Assembly (NCBI GenBank): GCA_012799135.1
Contig: JAAZLW010000066.1
Span: forward strand, 1 to 58,587
From: Bacillota bacterium
Lineage (GTDB): Bacteria; Bacillota; Limnochordia; DTU087
Reading direction: 5' to 3'
Length of the DNA: 58,587 bases
Shown here: positions 18,583-27,590 of the stretch, piece by piece
How positions within the stretch are numbered: position 1 is the first letter of the stretch
How the letters are laid out: the number at the start of each line of letters is the position of its first letter
Program-made: the position numbers and the translations under genes
Notes under the pieces: generated by a model
What the model was told of the DNA's origin: nothing
Databases searched by the model: none
What the model saw: only the letters and a program-made list of their open reading frames with translations

Positions 18583-20124
18583 ATGAAATCCTGGTGGGAG
18601 CGTGTGCGAGGAGAGGTAATCGGAGGAGCCACTGCGGCAGTTGTAGCTCTTCCCTTAGCTATGGCCTTTGGGATCGCTAGCGGGGCGGGAGCTGTATCTG
18701 GTTTGTATGCCTCGATTTTTGGTGGTTTGACTGCGGCGATATTTGGTGGCTGTGGTGTGCAGATCACCGGACCCACCGGCGCAATGACAGCGGTTCTAGT
18801 GATGGTTGTCAGCAAGCATGGGGTAAGCGGCATGCTATTAGCCGGAGCTTTGGCCGGCTTAATGCAGGTGATTCTCGGCCTTTTGCGGTTAGGCAAGTTT
18901 GTCAAGTTTCTTCCTCAGCCGGTAATTGCCGGTTTTACGAATGGTGTCTCCATCCTGTTTTTCATGACCGCAATAGATGATGCTTTACAGACCCCCTCGA
19001 TTACCGTGGTTACCACGCTGGTAATTCTCTTGGCATTGCGTTTCTTCAAACAGGTTCCGGAGTCACTCTTCGGGCTCGTTGCCGGCCTCGTCATGAATGA
19101 GTTGTTCATACACACCCCCCACGTGGTGGGGGATCTTCCTTTCACTATACCCCAGCCTACATTGGCACTGATGCCCTTTGGGGATATCGGTCATCTGATC
19201 AGGCCTGCGATTACGATCTGTCTTTTGGGAAGCATTTCGGCCTTGCTGTCAGCGGAGGTCACCGATGGGATGCTTGGCACCAAACATGATAGCAATCGAG
19301 AACTGATCGGGCAAGGTCTGGGAAATCTGGTTTCCTCTCTTCTAGGAGGTGTCCCCGTCTCCGGAGCCGTTGCTCGCTCAGGGGTAAATGTCCACAGTGG
19401 GGGTCGCACCCGCCTTTCCAGTATTCTCCACGCTGTCTTCCTGTTGATCATGGTCATAGCCTTGGGACCGGTGGCTAAGCGCATACCGCTGGCTTCTTTG
19501 GCTGCCATCCTGATGGTGGCTTCAGTGCGCACAGCCGACTGGAAAAGCTTAAAGCTGATGCCCCGGGCCCGGTGGAGCTATGGGGTAATCATGACTATCA
19601 CTACCATATTGACTGTGGTCCGGGACTTGACCATTGCGGTAGCAGTTGGGGTGGTCTTGGCCGCCGCTGTGGTAATGGTGGAATTAGCATCCATGCCCCG
19701 GGGCAGCGAGGTCGCTTCAAAGAAAGCCTCTTCAACTCCTGCTCACCCAGTTCATCCCGATGTTCAGGTAATGGCTTTTGATGGCCCATTGTTTTTTGTG
19801 GGGACAGAAAATCTAAGAAGCCAAATCAGGGATGCTTCCAGTAAACCGATCTTGGTCTTGGATCTCTCTAACGTGCCTACCATGGATGAAACCGGTGCCT
19901 TAGCACTTAAAGATCTAGCCGACCGACTGCAAAGGGAAGGCAAGAGCCTTTATATAGGCGGCCTCAAAGACAAGTCCTTACGGATGTTGGCTAGAATGGG
20001 TTTGGTAGGCGAGTTGAGCCGATCTCGGGTATGCAAGGGCCTGGGAGGTGCTTTACGCAGAGCTTCCGAGGAAGCAACCCTAATGGCTCAGGCTGAGTCC
20101 AAGCTATGTCCTCAGCAGGCATAG
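18583..20124 (+). CDS. SulP/SLC26 family anion transporter with C-terminal STAS domain
   Basis: VALPLAMAFGIASG, GLYASIFGG, ITGPT, SNRELIGQGLGN, ARSGVN. STAS motifs DGPLFF and VPTMDETG. Confidence 0.93.
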   Translation: MKSWWERVRGEVIGGATAAVVALPLAMAFGIASGAGAVSGLYASIFGGLTAAIFGGCGVQITGPTGAMTAVLVMVVSKHGVSGMLLAGALAGLMQVILGLLRLGKFVKFLPQPVIAGFTNGVSILFFMTAIDDALQTPSITVVTTLVILLALRFFKQVPESLFGLVAGLVMNELFIHTPHVVGDLPFTIPQPTLALMPFGDIGHLIRPAITICLLGSISALLSAEVTDGMLGTKHDSNRELIGQGLGNLVSSLLGGVPVSGAVARSGVNVHSGGRTRLSSILHAVFLLIMVIALGPVAKRIPLASLAAILMVASVRTADWKSLKLMPRARWSYGVIMTITTILTVVRDLTIAVAVGVVLAAAVVMVELASMPRGSEVASKKASSTPAHPVHPDVQVMAFDGPLFFVGTENLRSQIRDASSKPILVLDLSNVPTMDETGALALKDLADRLQREGKSLYIGGLKDKSLRMLARMGLVGELSRSRVCKGLGGALRRASEEATLMAQAESKLCPQQA

Positions 20125-20196
20125 CTCCGTGGGTAGCCTAGATGGCAATTATCAAGACCCCTATGGGGGCAGAGCATTGCAGCTAGTGATGGGGGG

Positions 20197-20781
20197 TTGA
20201 CTTTGAACAAGCGATCTTTGGTTTTATGTGCCATATTATTGGTATTTTGGCTGGTGGTCTCTGCAGAAGCAGACTTACAGCATATTTTGGTTGGGGCGCT
20301 TCTTGCCTTGGGAACCGTGTGGTTCTGGCAGGACCTTGGCCCAAGACTGCCCCGTTTGCTTTCGGCTACAGAACTGCTACTTTTGGGTCACTGTCTCGTA
20401 ACGTTGATTCGGTTTATCATTCAGTCGAATATTGCCGTGGCCAAGACTATCTTGCTATCGAGTCCACCGGTGGGACCGGTATTTGTGGTGATGCGCCCTC
20501 CCATTGAAAGTAACTGGGGGAGGGTGCTATTGGCCAATTGCATCACCATCACCCCAGGCACGGTGACCGTTGATATTGATCCTGAGACGGGCCAGTTCAT
20601 CGTGCATGCACTGACAGAAGAGGCCGCACACGGACTGTTTGATTGGCAGATCATTCAAGAAATCAGCAACTTAGAATCATGGGGACAAAGGAGGGCAAAA
20701 CATGCTGTGGCTGCTAGTAGGTCTCATGGTACTAATTCTGTTCGTACTCTTGCGGGCGATTATCGGCCCGACGGTGATTGA
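20197..20781 (+). CDS. mnhE: Mrp/Mnh Na+/H+ antiporter subunit E
   Basis: SNIAVA, LLANCITITPGT, FIVHAL. Confidence 0.88.
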   Translation: MTLNKRSLVLCAILLVFWLVVSAEADLQHILVGALLALGTVWFWQDLGPRLPRLLSATELLLLGHCLVTLIRFIIQSNIAVAKTILLSSPPVGPVFVVMRPPIESNWGRVLLANCITITPGTVTVDIDPETGQFIVHALTEEAAHGLFDWQIIQEISNLESWGQRRAKHAVAASRSHGTNSVRTLAGDYRPDGD

Positions 20782-21013
20782 TCGCTTGCTTTCCATCAAT
20801 GCGATTAGCAGCAAGGTCAGCATGATTATCTTGTTGATGGCATTCATGAGAGGCGATTATGGATTCATCGATGTAGCCTTTGTCTTTGTGTTATGTGGAT
20901 TTGTGGGAGGGCTTTGGATACTGCGGGTGCTAACCCCTGGTGATTGGCAGCTGAGGTTACCGGGGTTGGGCGGATTTGAAGGTGAGGGAGAGGAAGCGGT
21001 TTCTCATGATTAA
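20702..21013 (+). CDS. mnhF: Mrp/Mnh antiporter subunit F
   Basis: RAIIGPTVIDR, FIDVA, three TM segments. GGAGG RBS. Confidence 0.85.
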   Translation: MLWLLVGLMVLILFVLLRAIIGPTVIDRLLSINAISSKVSMIILLMAFMRGDYGFIDVAFVFVLCGFVGGLWILRVLTPGDWQLRLPGLGGFEGEGEEAVSHD

Positions 21014-21317
21014 GTTGTTAGCTAATGTCTGCTTTATCGGGTCTTTTTGCGCGTTTGCCCTGGGTACTTTGGGGCTGTTTCGCTTGCCGGATCCATATAC
21101 CCGCCTGCATGGGGTCGGTATGGGAGATACCCTAGGAGTGGGGTTGGGAGGCCTAGGACTCTTTCTGCTCAGCCCCAGTTGGGCTCTGCGGATCAAATTA
21201 CTGGTTATCCTGGCTCTATTTTGGACGATCAACCCCGCTATGACCCACCTAGTAGCTAAAGCGGGCCTAATACATGGGGTAGACCCGGTAGAGGGTACTA
21301 AACTGATCAAGGGGTGA
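21006..21317 (+). CDS. mnhG: Mrp/Mnh antiporter subunit G
   Basis: GLFRLPDPYTRLHG...DTLG, NPAMTHLVAKA. Confidence 0.88.
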   Translation: MIKLLANVCFIGSFCAFALGTLGLFRLPDPYTRLHGVGMGDTLGVGLGGLGLFLLSPSWALRIKLLVILALFWTINPAMTHLVAKAGLIHGVDPVEGTKLIKG

Positions 21318-21321
21318 GCAG

Positions 21322-21573
21322 ATGGAGTTTACGGCTGTCGATTATGGAACTATGGTTATGCTCTTGATCCTAGTGGCGGCTTCTCTGGCCATGTATTTTA
21401 TCAAGGATCTGATACATGCAGTGATTGTGTATGGAGCCTATACTCTGATCATGGCTTTAGTCTGGCTACAGATGAACACCCCTGATATTGCTATTACTGA
21501 GGCTGCGGCGGGGATTGGGATGACAGTTTTGATGATGGTGGTTATTTCTCGCACCAGCCGAAGGGAGGAGTAA
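21322..21573 (+). CDS. Mrp subunit B-related protein (DUF4040/MbhD-like)
   Basis: TPDIAITEAAAG motif, three TM segments. Confidence 0.82.
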   Translation: MEFTAVDYGTMVMLLILVAASLAMYFIKDLIHAVIVYGAYTLIMALVWLQMNTPDIAITEAAAGIGMTVLMMVVISRTSRREE

Positions 21574-21872
21574 TGGTGAGGCTGCGGACTTTCGTAATTT
21601 TGCTCATTGCCTTATTAGCCGGTTATGTAGTCTTAATTGCCGTGGCCGAGTTGCCTCCCTACGGGATGCCTGGCAATCCCGCCCATAACGAGGTAACCCA
21701 ACGCTACATTGAAAACGCTCTGGAAGATACGGGAGTTCTCAATATGGTTACAGCCATTGTTTTGGATTATCGGGCCTATGATACTATGTTCGAAACCATC
21801 GTGTTGTTTACGGCAGTCCTAGCGGTGATTATCACCCTGAAGACAACAGAGGAAAAGGGTGGTGGGCAGTGA
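21573..21872 (+). CDS. Mrp subunit B-related protein (MbhE-like)
   Basis: NMVTAIVLDYRAYDTMFE motif. Confidence 0.85.
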   Translation: MVRLRTFVILLIALLAGYVVLIAVAELPPYGMPGNPAHNEVTQRYIENALEDTGVLNMVTAIVLDYRAYDTMFETIVLFTAVLAVIITLKTTEEKGGGQ

Positions 21873-22294
21873 GGGATTTTGTCCTAAAACGGGTTGCGGC
21901 ATTGCTCTTGCCTTTTGTCCAAATGTATGGACTATATGTGATTTTCCATGGCCATGTCTCCCCAGGGGGCTCCTTTGCCGGTGGTATCGTAGTGGGTCTA
22001 GCCTTCATCGCCTTTGCCACCATCTATGGTGTGCCAAGAGGTCGGGCAAAGCTACCGGAGAAGGTTACCACTCTGGCTGAGAGCTATGGGACCCTTTGGT
22101 ATGGACTCATGGGCATGGTAGGTATCATCAAGGGCGCTCCCTTTTTAGCCAATAAGTTGGCGGGAATTGATCTGGGAGTACCGGGAGCACTATCTTCTGG
22201 GGGGCTGGTTTCCCTTATCGGTCTCGGTGTTGGCATAAGGGTGGCCTCAACAATGGTTACTCTGTTTTTTACCATGATGGAGGAAGAGTCGTGA
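21869..22294 (+). CDS. mnhB: Mrp/Mnh antiporter subunit B
   Basis: HGHVSPGGSFAGG motif, GVGIRV. Confidence 0.88.
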   Translation: MRDFVLKRVAALLLPFVQMYGLYVIFHGHVSPGGSFAGGIVVGLAFIAFATIYGVPRGRAKLPEKVTTLAESYGTLWYGLMGMVGIIKGAPFLANKLAGIDLGVPGALSSGGLVSLIGLGVGIRVASTMVTLFFTMMEEES

Positions 22295-22674
22295 GCATAT
22301 TGCTAGAGAAATTAATGGTCAACTACCCATACTTCGCCGCGGTGATCTTGTTTATTATCGGTGCTCTCACGGTGCTGACCCGTTCTAACCTATTTAAGAA
22401 ACTGATCGGTATCAACATCATGGAAAGCGCCATTTTCCTCATGTTTATCGCAGCAGGCAACATCCGGGGTGGGGCTGTACCCATACTGGATCAGGCGAAC
22501 CCGAAGACAGCTTATATTAACCCAGTGCCTTCAGCTTTGATGTTGACGGGCATAGTGGTCAGTGTCAGTGTGACTGCTTTTGCTTTAGCATTGATTATCA
22601 GGTTATATCAATCTTACGGTACCACCGATTCCCGCCGGATAGCAGAGATGAAAAGTGAGGTGACAGATGGATGA
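22291..22674 (+). CDS. mnhC: Mrp/Mnh antiporter subunit C
   Basis: NLFKKLIG, NPVPSALMLTGIVVS. Confidence 0.9.
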   Translation: MSILLEKLMVNYPYFAAVILFIIGALTVLTRSNLFKKLIGINIMESAIFLMFIAAGNIRGGAVPILDQANPKTAYINPVPSALMLTGIVVSVSVTAFALALIIRLYQSYGTTDSRRIAEMKSEVTDG

Positions 22675-24170
22675 TGGCGACCATTACGGCTAATTTACCG
22701 GTCTTTGTTGTCATCGCACCTCTGTTTGTCGCCTTCATCTTGCCTACCTTCGCCCATCGCCTACGGCTGGTGGAAGGACTGGTAATGGCCGTCGAGGCTT
22801 TGGGGCTCTTGGGGGCGGGATATTTGGCTTCCCTTATCCTTTTGCAGAAAGGCATTCCCGTTGTCTATAGCATGGGAGGTTGGTCAGCCCCGTGGGGTAT
22901 AGAATTGATGGTGGGCAATTTGAGTGCCTTCTTTCTCCTAGTGGTGGCCGGTGTCACTTTGCCGGTGGCCCTTTTCTCCATCGACAGCATGAGTCACGAA
23001 GTCGGTGGTCCCCAGCGAATCAGCCGGTTTTATGTACTTTACCTGCTGCTCAGTGGGGCCCTGGCCGGTATGGCTGTCACCAATGACCTTTTCAATGTCT
23101 TTGTCCTGGTAGAAGTAGCTACCCTAAGCTGCTGTGGTCTGGTAAGTGCCCGCAATCATCCCCGGGCAGCGGAAGCGGCCTTCAATTATTTGATCCTGGC
23201 AACACTGGGATCTGCCCTCATCTTGGGTGGTATTGGTTTTTTATATATTGTTACGGGACATTTGAATATGGGGTTTGCCTCTCAAGAACTAAGCTGTGTC
23301 TGGCAGGACTACTCGCACGTGGTATGGATAGCTGCCAGTTTCCTACTAGTGGGTTTTGGTGTAAAATCTGCTCTTTTCCCATTGCATGTTTGGCTACCGG
23401 ATGCTCACTCCACAGCTCCCTCCCCAGCCAGTGCTATCCTGTCTGGGTTGGCTATCAAAGGGTACTTAATATGCCTAATCAAGGTGCTGTACGTCGTTTT
23501 TGGCAATACTCTGATGCAGGAATACGCCATGCATCGAATATTGGTATTGCTGGGAATGATCGCGATTATTGCCGGGTCGCTTTTGGCTTTGGCACAAGAT
23601 GAACTCAAACGCAGATTGGCCTTTTCCACTGTTGCCCAGGTGGGATATGTATTCCTGGGGTTAGGACTGGTCAACACGAAGGGCCTTACCGGTACACTGT
23701 TTCACATGGCCAGCCATGCTGTAATCAAGTCCAGCCTATTCTTGGCGGCGGGAGCCATGATCAGTGCCACGGGCAAAAGTAGGATTAGTGAAATGGCTGG
23801 TATTGGTAGGAAAATGCCGGTCACTATGGCGGTCTTTACCATCAGTAGTCTGGGCTTGGTGGGTATACCGTTGTTTTCCGGGTTCATTGGCAAATGGTAT
23901 CTCTTGCTCGGCAGTTTAGGAGCGGGGAACTCGCTGGCGGCGGTGGTGCTGATCGCAGGAAGTGTACTATGCGCAGCTTACCTTTTCCCGATTATCCGCA
24001 TCGCCTATTTTGAACCGGTATCTGTGGAGGAGGATTGGCAGGACCCCGGCATGCCACAAAAGATTGCCCTGATCTTGCTGGCAGCTGGGGTGGTGATCTT
24101 GGGGATAGTACCAGGACCTTTCCTGGAGCTGGCCGGTAGGGCGGCGGCGGATTTACTGGTAATCCAATAG
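22671..24170 (+). CDS. mnhD: Mrp antiporter subunit D (NuoN-like proton-conducting subunit), copy 1
   Basis: GGWSAPWGIEL, DLFNVFVLVE, GVKSALFPLHVWLPDAH, SGLAIK, GFIGKW. Confidence 0.9.
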   Translation: MMATITANLPVFVVIAPLFVAFILPTFAHRLRLVEGLVMAVEALGLLGAGYLASLILLQKGIPVVYSMGGWSAPWGIELMVGNLSAFFLLVVAGVTLPVALFSIDSMSHEVGGPQRISRFYVLYLLLSGALAGMAVTNDLFNVFVLVEVATLSCCGLVSARNHPRAAEAAFNYLILATLGSALILGGIGFLYIVTGHLNMGFASQELSCVWQDYSHVVWIAASFLLVGFGVKSALFPLHVWLPDAHSTAPSPASAILSGLAIKGYLICLIKVLYVVFGNTLMQEYAMHRILVLLGMIAIIAGSLLALAQDELKRRLAFSTVAQVGYVFLGLGLVNTKGLTGTLFHMASHAVIKSSLFLAAGAMISATGKSRISEMAGIGRKMPVTMAVFTISSLGLVGIPLFSGFIGKWYLLLGSLGAGNSLAAVVLIAGSVLCAAYLFPIIRIAYFEPVSVEEDWQDPGMPQKIALILLAAGVVILGIVPGPFLELAGRAAADLLVIQ

Positions 24171-24192
24171 AGACGGGAGGAGGGTTTAGCAG

Positions 24193-25638
24193 ATGATTGA
24201 TTTAATTCTGGCTTTACTGAGTGGAGCGATCGGCGGGCTATGTGTAGCATTGATGCCCCGGGCAGGCAGCCGTTTGCGCAACACCATTACACTGCTTTTC
24301 ACTGTGGCCGGCACGATCTTCAGCTGGCGGGTGGCCGGCAGGGTATTGGGTGGCCAGAGTATTCGGATAGCTGGTGAGTTCGGGGGGCTGACCTGGAGCT
24401 TACACCCAGACCCGTTGGGGGCAGTCTTTGGTTTGATTGTTTCCACTCTGTGGATCTTTGCTGCTGTCTATTCCTATGGGTATATGGCAGGAGAGCAAAA
24501 ACAGCGGACTTATTACACCTATTTTCTTCTGGCTTTTAGTGTGGCTTTAGGGGTAGCCTTTTCCGGTAATCTCTTGGCTCTCTATCTGTTCTATGAAATA
24601 CTCACCTTTGTCACCTATCCTTTGGTCATCCATGAGCGTAATACAGAAGCCATGCAGGCCGGTGCCAAGTATATTATCTACAGTCTCTCAGGTGCAGGGG
24701 CGATTCTTATCGCTATAGTAATCACCTATGGCTGGACAGGTAATTTGGATTTCGCTGGTGGGCCACTGTTAGCCAATGGTGGCCTGAGGCCGGGCTTAGG
24801 TTGGCTCTTGGCCTTGTATGTTGCCGGATTTGGTGTAAAGGCGGCCATAATGCCGCTCCATCGCTGGTTGCCGGCGGCGATGGTAGCACCTACTCCCATC
24901 AGTGCGTTACTCCATGCAGTCGCAGTAGTCTACTCTGGGGTTTATGGGATATTGCGGGTAGTGTATTCAGTCTTCGGGCATGAACTGATGCGGGAGCTGG
25001 ATCTCAGTCATGTCCTCCCCTGGGTAGCGGCTTTTACCATCTTGGTAGGGGTGATCATTGCCACACAACAGGATGTTCTCAAGCGGCGCTTGGCCTATCA
25101 TACGATTAGCCAGCTTTCTTATATTCTCTTGGGAGCCTTCACATTGCATCCGTGGGGATTGGCTGGGGCTGTGTTCCATATGATCAGTTACTCCACCCTG
25201 AAGGTTACGCTTTTCTTTGGTGCAGGGATTATTGCTAAAGCGACCGGTAAGGTCAACGTCAGTGAAATGGGTGGGGTGGGGTGGCGGTTGCCCTGGACCT
25301 TGGCTGCCTTTGGTGTCGCTAGTTTGGGAATGATCGGAATGCTGCCTCTTAATACCTTTTGGAGTAAGTATTATTTGATGAAGGGCAGTGTAGCCGGGGG
25401 AAGGTGGCCACTGGCCGTGGTGCTGATCGTTAGTGGTGTTATCAATGCTTTTTGCTTCATTCCCACTGTGGTGACTGCCTTCACTGGAGGGAAAGGTCAG
25501 CTCACTGCGGAAAAGGGGGGCCAGGTCAGTCTCATGTTGGCTCCTACTGTAATGCTGGCTGGGATTGCGGTCTTGATCGGTCTTTGGCCGGGATTGGTTT
25601 GGCCAGGAGTTGAAGCTGTAGTCAATTGGTTTTTCTAG
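24193..25638 (+). CDS. Mrp subunit D/A-like proton-conducting membrane subunit, copy 2
   Basis: LFYEIL, GVKAAIMPLHRWLPAAMVAPTPISALLHA (MrpA/NuoL-type His), FWSKY. Confidence 0.88.
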   Translation: MIDLILALLSGAIGGLCVALMPRAGSRLRNTITLLFTVAGTIFSWRVAGRVLGGQSIRIAGEFGGLTWSLHPDPLGAVFGLIVSTLWIFAAVYSYGYMAGEQKQRTYYTYFLLAFSVALGVAFSGNLLALYLFYEILTFVTYPLVIHERNTEAMQAGAKYIIYSLSGAGAILIAIVITYGWTGNLDFAGGPLLANGGLRPGLGWLLALYVAGFGVKAAIMPLHRWLPAAMVAPTPISALLHAVAVVYSGVYGILRVVYSVFGHELMRELDLSHVLPWVAAFTILVGVIIATQQDVLKRRLAYHTISQLSYILLGAFTLHPWGLAGAVFHMISYSTLKVTLFFGAGIIAKATGKVNVSEMGGVGWRLPWTLAAFGVASLGMIGMLPLNTFWSKYYLMKGSVAGGRWPLAVVLIVSGVINAFCFIPTVVTAFTGGKGQLTAEKGGQVSLMLAPTVMLAGIAVLIGLWPGLVWPGVEAVVNWFF

Positions 25639-25655
25639 TGTAAGGAGGTTAGTCT

Positions 25656-27590
25656 ATGCTGCTCATAGTCCTTCCCGCTATTCCTTTAGTGGGAGTAATA
25701 GCCCTTCTTGGTATGCGGGGCAAGGATATCAATATGCCTTTGATCATTAGTTCAATTATTCTGCTCTTGGGGAGCTGGGGGCTAAAGGACGTGTTTTGGG
25801 GCGGGCCGTTGACCTACAGACTCTCGCTTTCCGGGCCATATGCTCCTACTTTTCGGGCTGATGCTTTGTCTGCTATTTTTGTGCTTCTGGCTGCGTTTCT
25901 ATGGTGGGTAGTCTCCATATATGCACCGGAGTATATGCAACACGAAGGCAGAGTACGCAGTTTCTATGTTTGTACGCTCTTGACCCTATCTGCGGTCTTG
26001 GGGGTCTTTCTCGCCGGCGATCTTTTCACTATGTTGCTTTTCTTCGAGCTGATGACTATAGCTTCTTTCTTCTGGGTGATCCACCGGATGAATAAAGAAG
26101 CGATTCGAGCCGGATACTTTTATCTGTTCTTTAGCATTGTCGGCGGTCTTTTCTTGGCTCTGGGGATTGTGCTGATGGGAGCAGCCACCGGTGATCTGCT
26201 TACCATCGGTACCGGCCCCGTAGATCCGTTGCAGCCACGCATGTTGGCGTGGGCTTTGGGCCTATTTGTCGCTGGGTTTGGGATCAAGGCCGGCATGGTG
26301 CCTTTGCATCTTTGGCTGCCTCATGCCCACTCTGTGGCTCCGACTCCAGCTAGTGCCCTCTTGTCTGGGCTCTTAATCAAGGTAGGAGCTTACGGACTGA
26401 TCCGCACGGGGGAGCTGGTCGGTTGGGGTATAGAGTGGGGAGGCATGGCAACTTGGTTAGGGCCTGCTTTGACTGTTCTGGGTACCTGTACCATGCTCGT
26501 GGGGGTGAGTGCCGCACTTCTGCAAAGTGATGCCAAACGGCTGCTAGCCTATCATAGTGTAAGTCAGATGGGTTATATTATCTTGGGGCTGGGTGTAGGT
26601 CTGCTCTTGGGGAAAGCGGGAGGACTGGGCCTGATGGGAGCGATCTATCATATTGTCAACCATGCCCTCTTTAAGGCAGCCCTTTTCTTGGGTGTTGGTG
26701 TAATCTATGTTCACACCCAAGAGGCCAACCTGTATAACCTTGGGGGTTTGTGGCGGCGCTTTCCGGTTACGGCCATACTGATGTTCCTGGCGGTTTTGGG
26801 TATTACTGGCGCACCAGGCCTGAATGGGTATGCCAGCAAGACTTTGCTTCATCATGCAGTCAGTGCCGTCGCTGAAGGCGGTCCACCTTGGATGGTCTGG
26901 GTGGAGCGACTGTTTTTGGTAGTTGGAGTTGGTACTGCTGCTTCCTTTACTAAGCTCTATTATCTTATATTCCTGGGACAACCCACAGAGATTGAGATTG
27001 CAGAAGGGCAGTCTCATCGCCTCCAGCTAGCCATGGCATTACTGGCCGTGGTGATGGTGGGAATTGGGCTCAAGCCAGGTCTTTTCCCTCAGGCCTTGGC
27101 GATACCGGCAGCTGAGGCATTGGGGATGGGGATGGCTCATGATGCGATGGTGGGCTTTTCCTTCTGGGATGCCGGTGATGTAGTAGGCATGCTAATCACT
27201 TTGGGGCTCGGTATGGCGGTGTGCTGGGCTGGCCTAAGAACCGGAGCATTCCATTGGCAGCCTCCGCTTTGGCTTACCTTAGAGGGCCTAGTGAGGATAC
27301 TTGGTCATGGTCTTTTAGCGGTCATTAGGGTTGGAGAAAGGTCTTACCGCTGGGTAGCTGCCCGTTTCTCAGAGCTAGGCAGGACCCTAGGGTCCCGCCT
27401 AGCCTCAGCCTGTCACAGGCTGGATCATGCCCGGGGTGGGACTATTGGTGGTATTACCTTGTCCGGAATCAGTGCTGATGCCTTCTTGTTGATGTTTACC
27501 TTAGCAGCCCTGATCGTCTGGTATGTTGCCTCACCTAGTCTGCGGTGGCCCTTATCTTTACCCACAGGGATAGGAGTACCGCTCCGGTAG
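25656..27590 (+). CDS. Mrp subunit D/HyfB/NuoL-like proton-conducting subunit with C-terminal extension, copy 3
   Basis: FFELM, GIKAGMVPLHLWLPHAH, SGLLIK, GYASK, then a long basic amphipathic segment and a final TM. Confidence 0.88.
   Translation: MLLIVLPAIPLVGVIALLGMRGKDINMPLIISSIILLLGSWGLKDVFWGGPLTYRLSLSGPYAPTFRADALSAIFVLLAAFLWWVVSIYAPEYMQHEGRVRSFYVCTLLTLSAVLGVFLAGDLFTMLLFFELMTIASFFWVIHRMNKEAIRAGYFYLFFSIVGGLFLALGIVLMGAATGDLLTIGTGPVDPLQPRMLAWALGLFVAGFGIKAGMVPLHLWLPHAHSVAPTPASALLSGLLIKVGAYGLIRTGELVGWGIEWGGMATWLGPALTVLGTCTMLVGVSAALLQSDAKRLLAYHSVSQMGYIILGLGVGLLLGKAGGLGLMGAIYHIVNHALFKAALFLGVGVIYVHTQEANLYNLGGLWRRFPVTAILMFLAVLGITGAPGLNGYASKTLLHHAVSAVAEGGPPWMVWVERLFLVVGVGTAASFTKLYYLIFLGQPTEIEIAEGQSHRLQLAMALLAVVMVGIGLKPGLFPQALAIPAAEALGMGMAHDAMVGFSFWDAGDVVGMLITLGLGMAVCWAGLRTGAFHWQPPLWLTLEGLVRILGHGLLAVIRVGERSYRWVAARFSELGRTLGSRLASACHRLDHARGGTIGGITLSGISADAFLLMFTLAALIVWYVASPSLRWPLSLPTGIGVPLR

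Noticed and set aside
20702-20781. 80-nt overlap of mnhE into mnhF as a programmed frameshift or fusion
   Set aside because: mnhF has its own GGAGG RBS and ATG, and there is no slippery site. A simple stop-codon loss explains it.
20197-27590. Energy-converting hydrogenase (Mbh/Ech/Hyf) or complex I
   Set aside because: No NuoH-like, catalytic or Fe-S subunits, and the operon ends against convergent cadA
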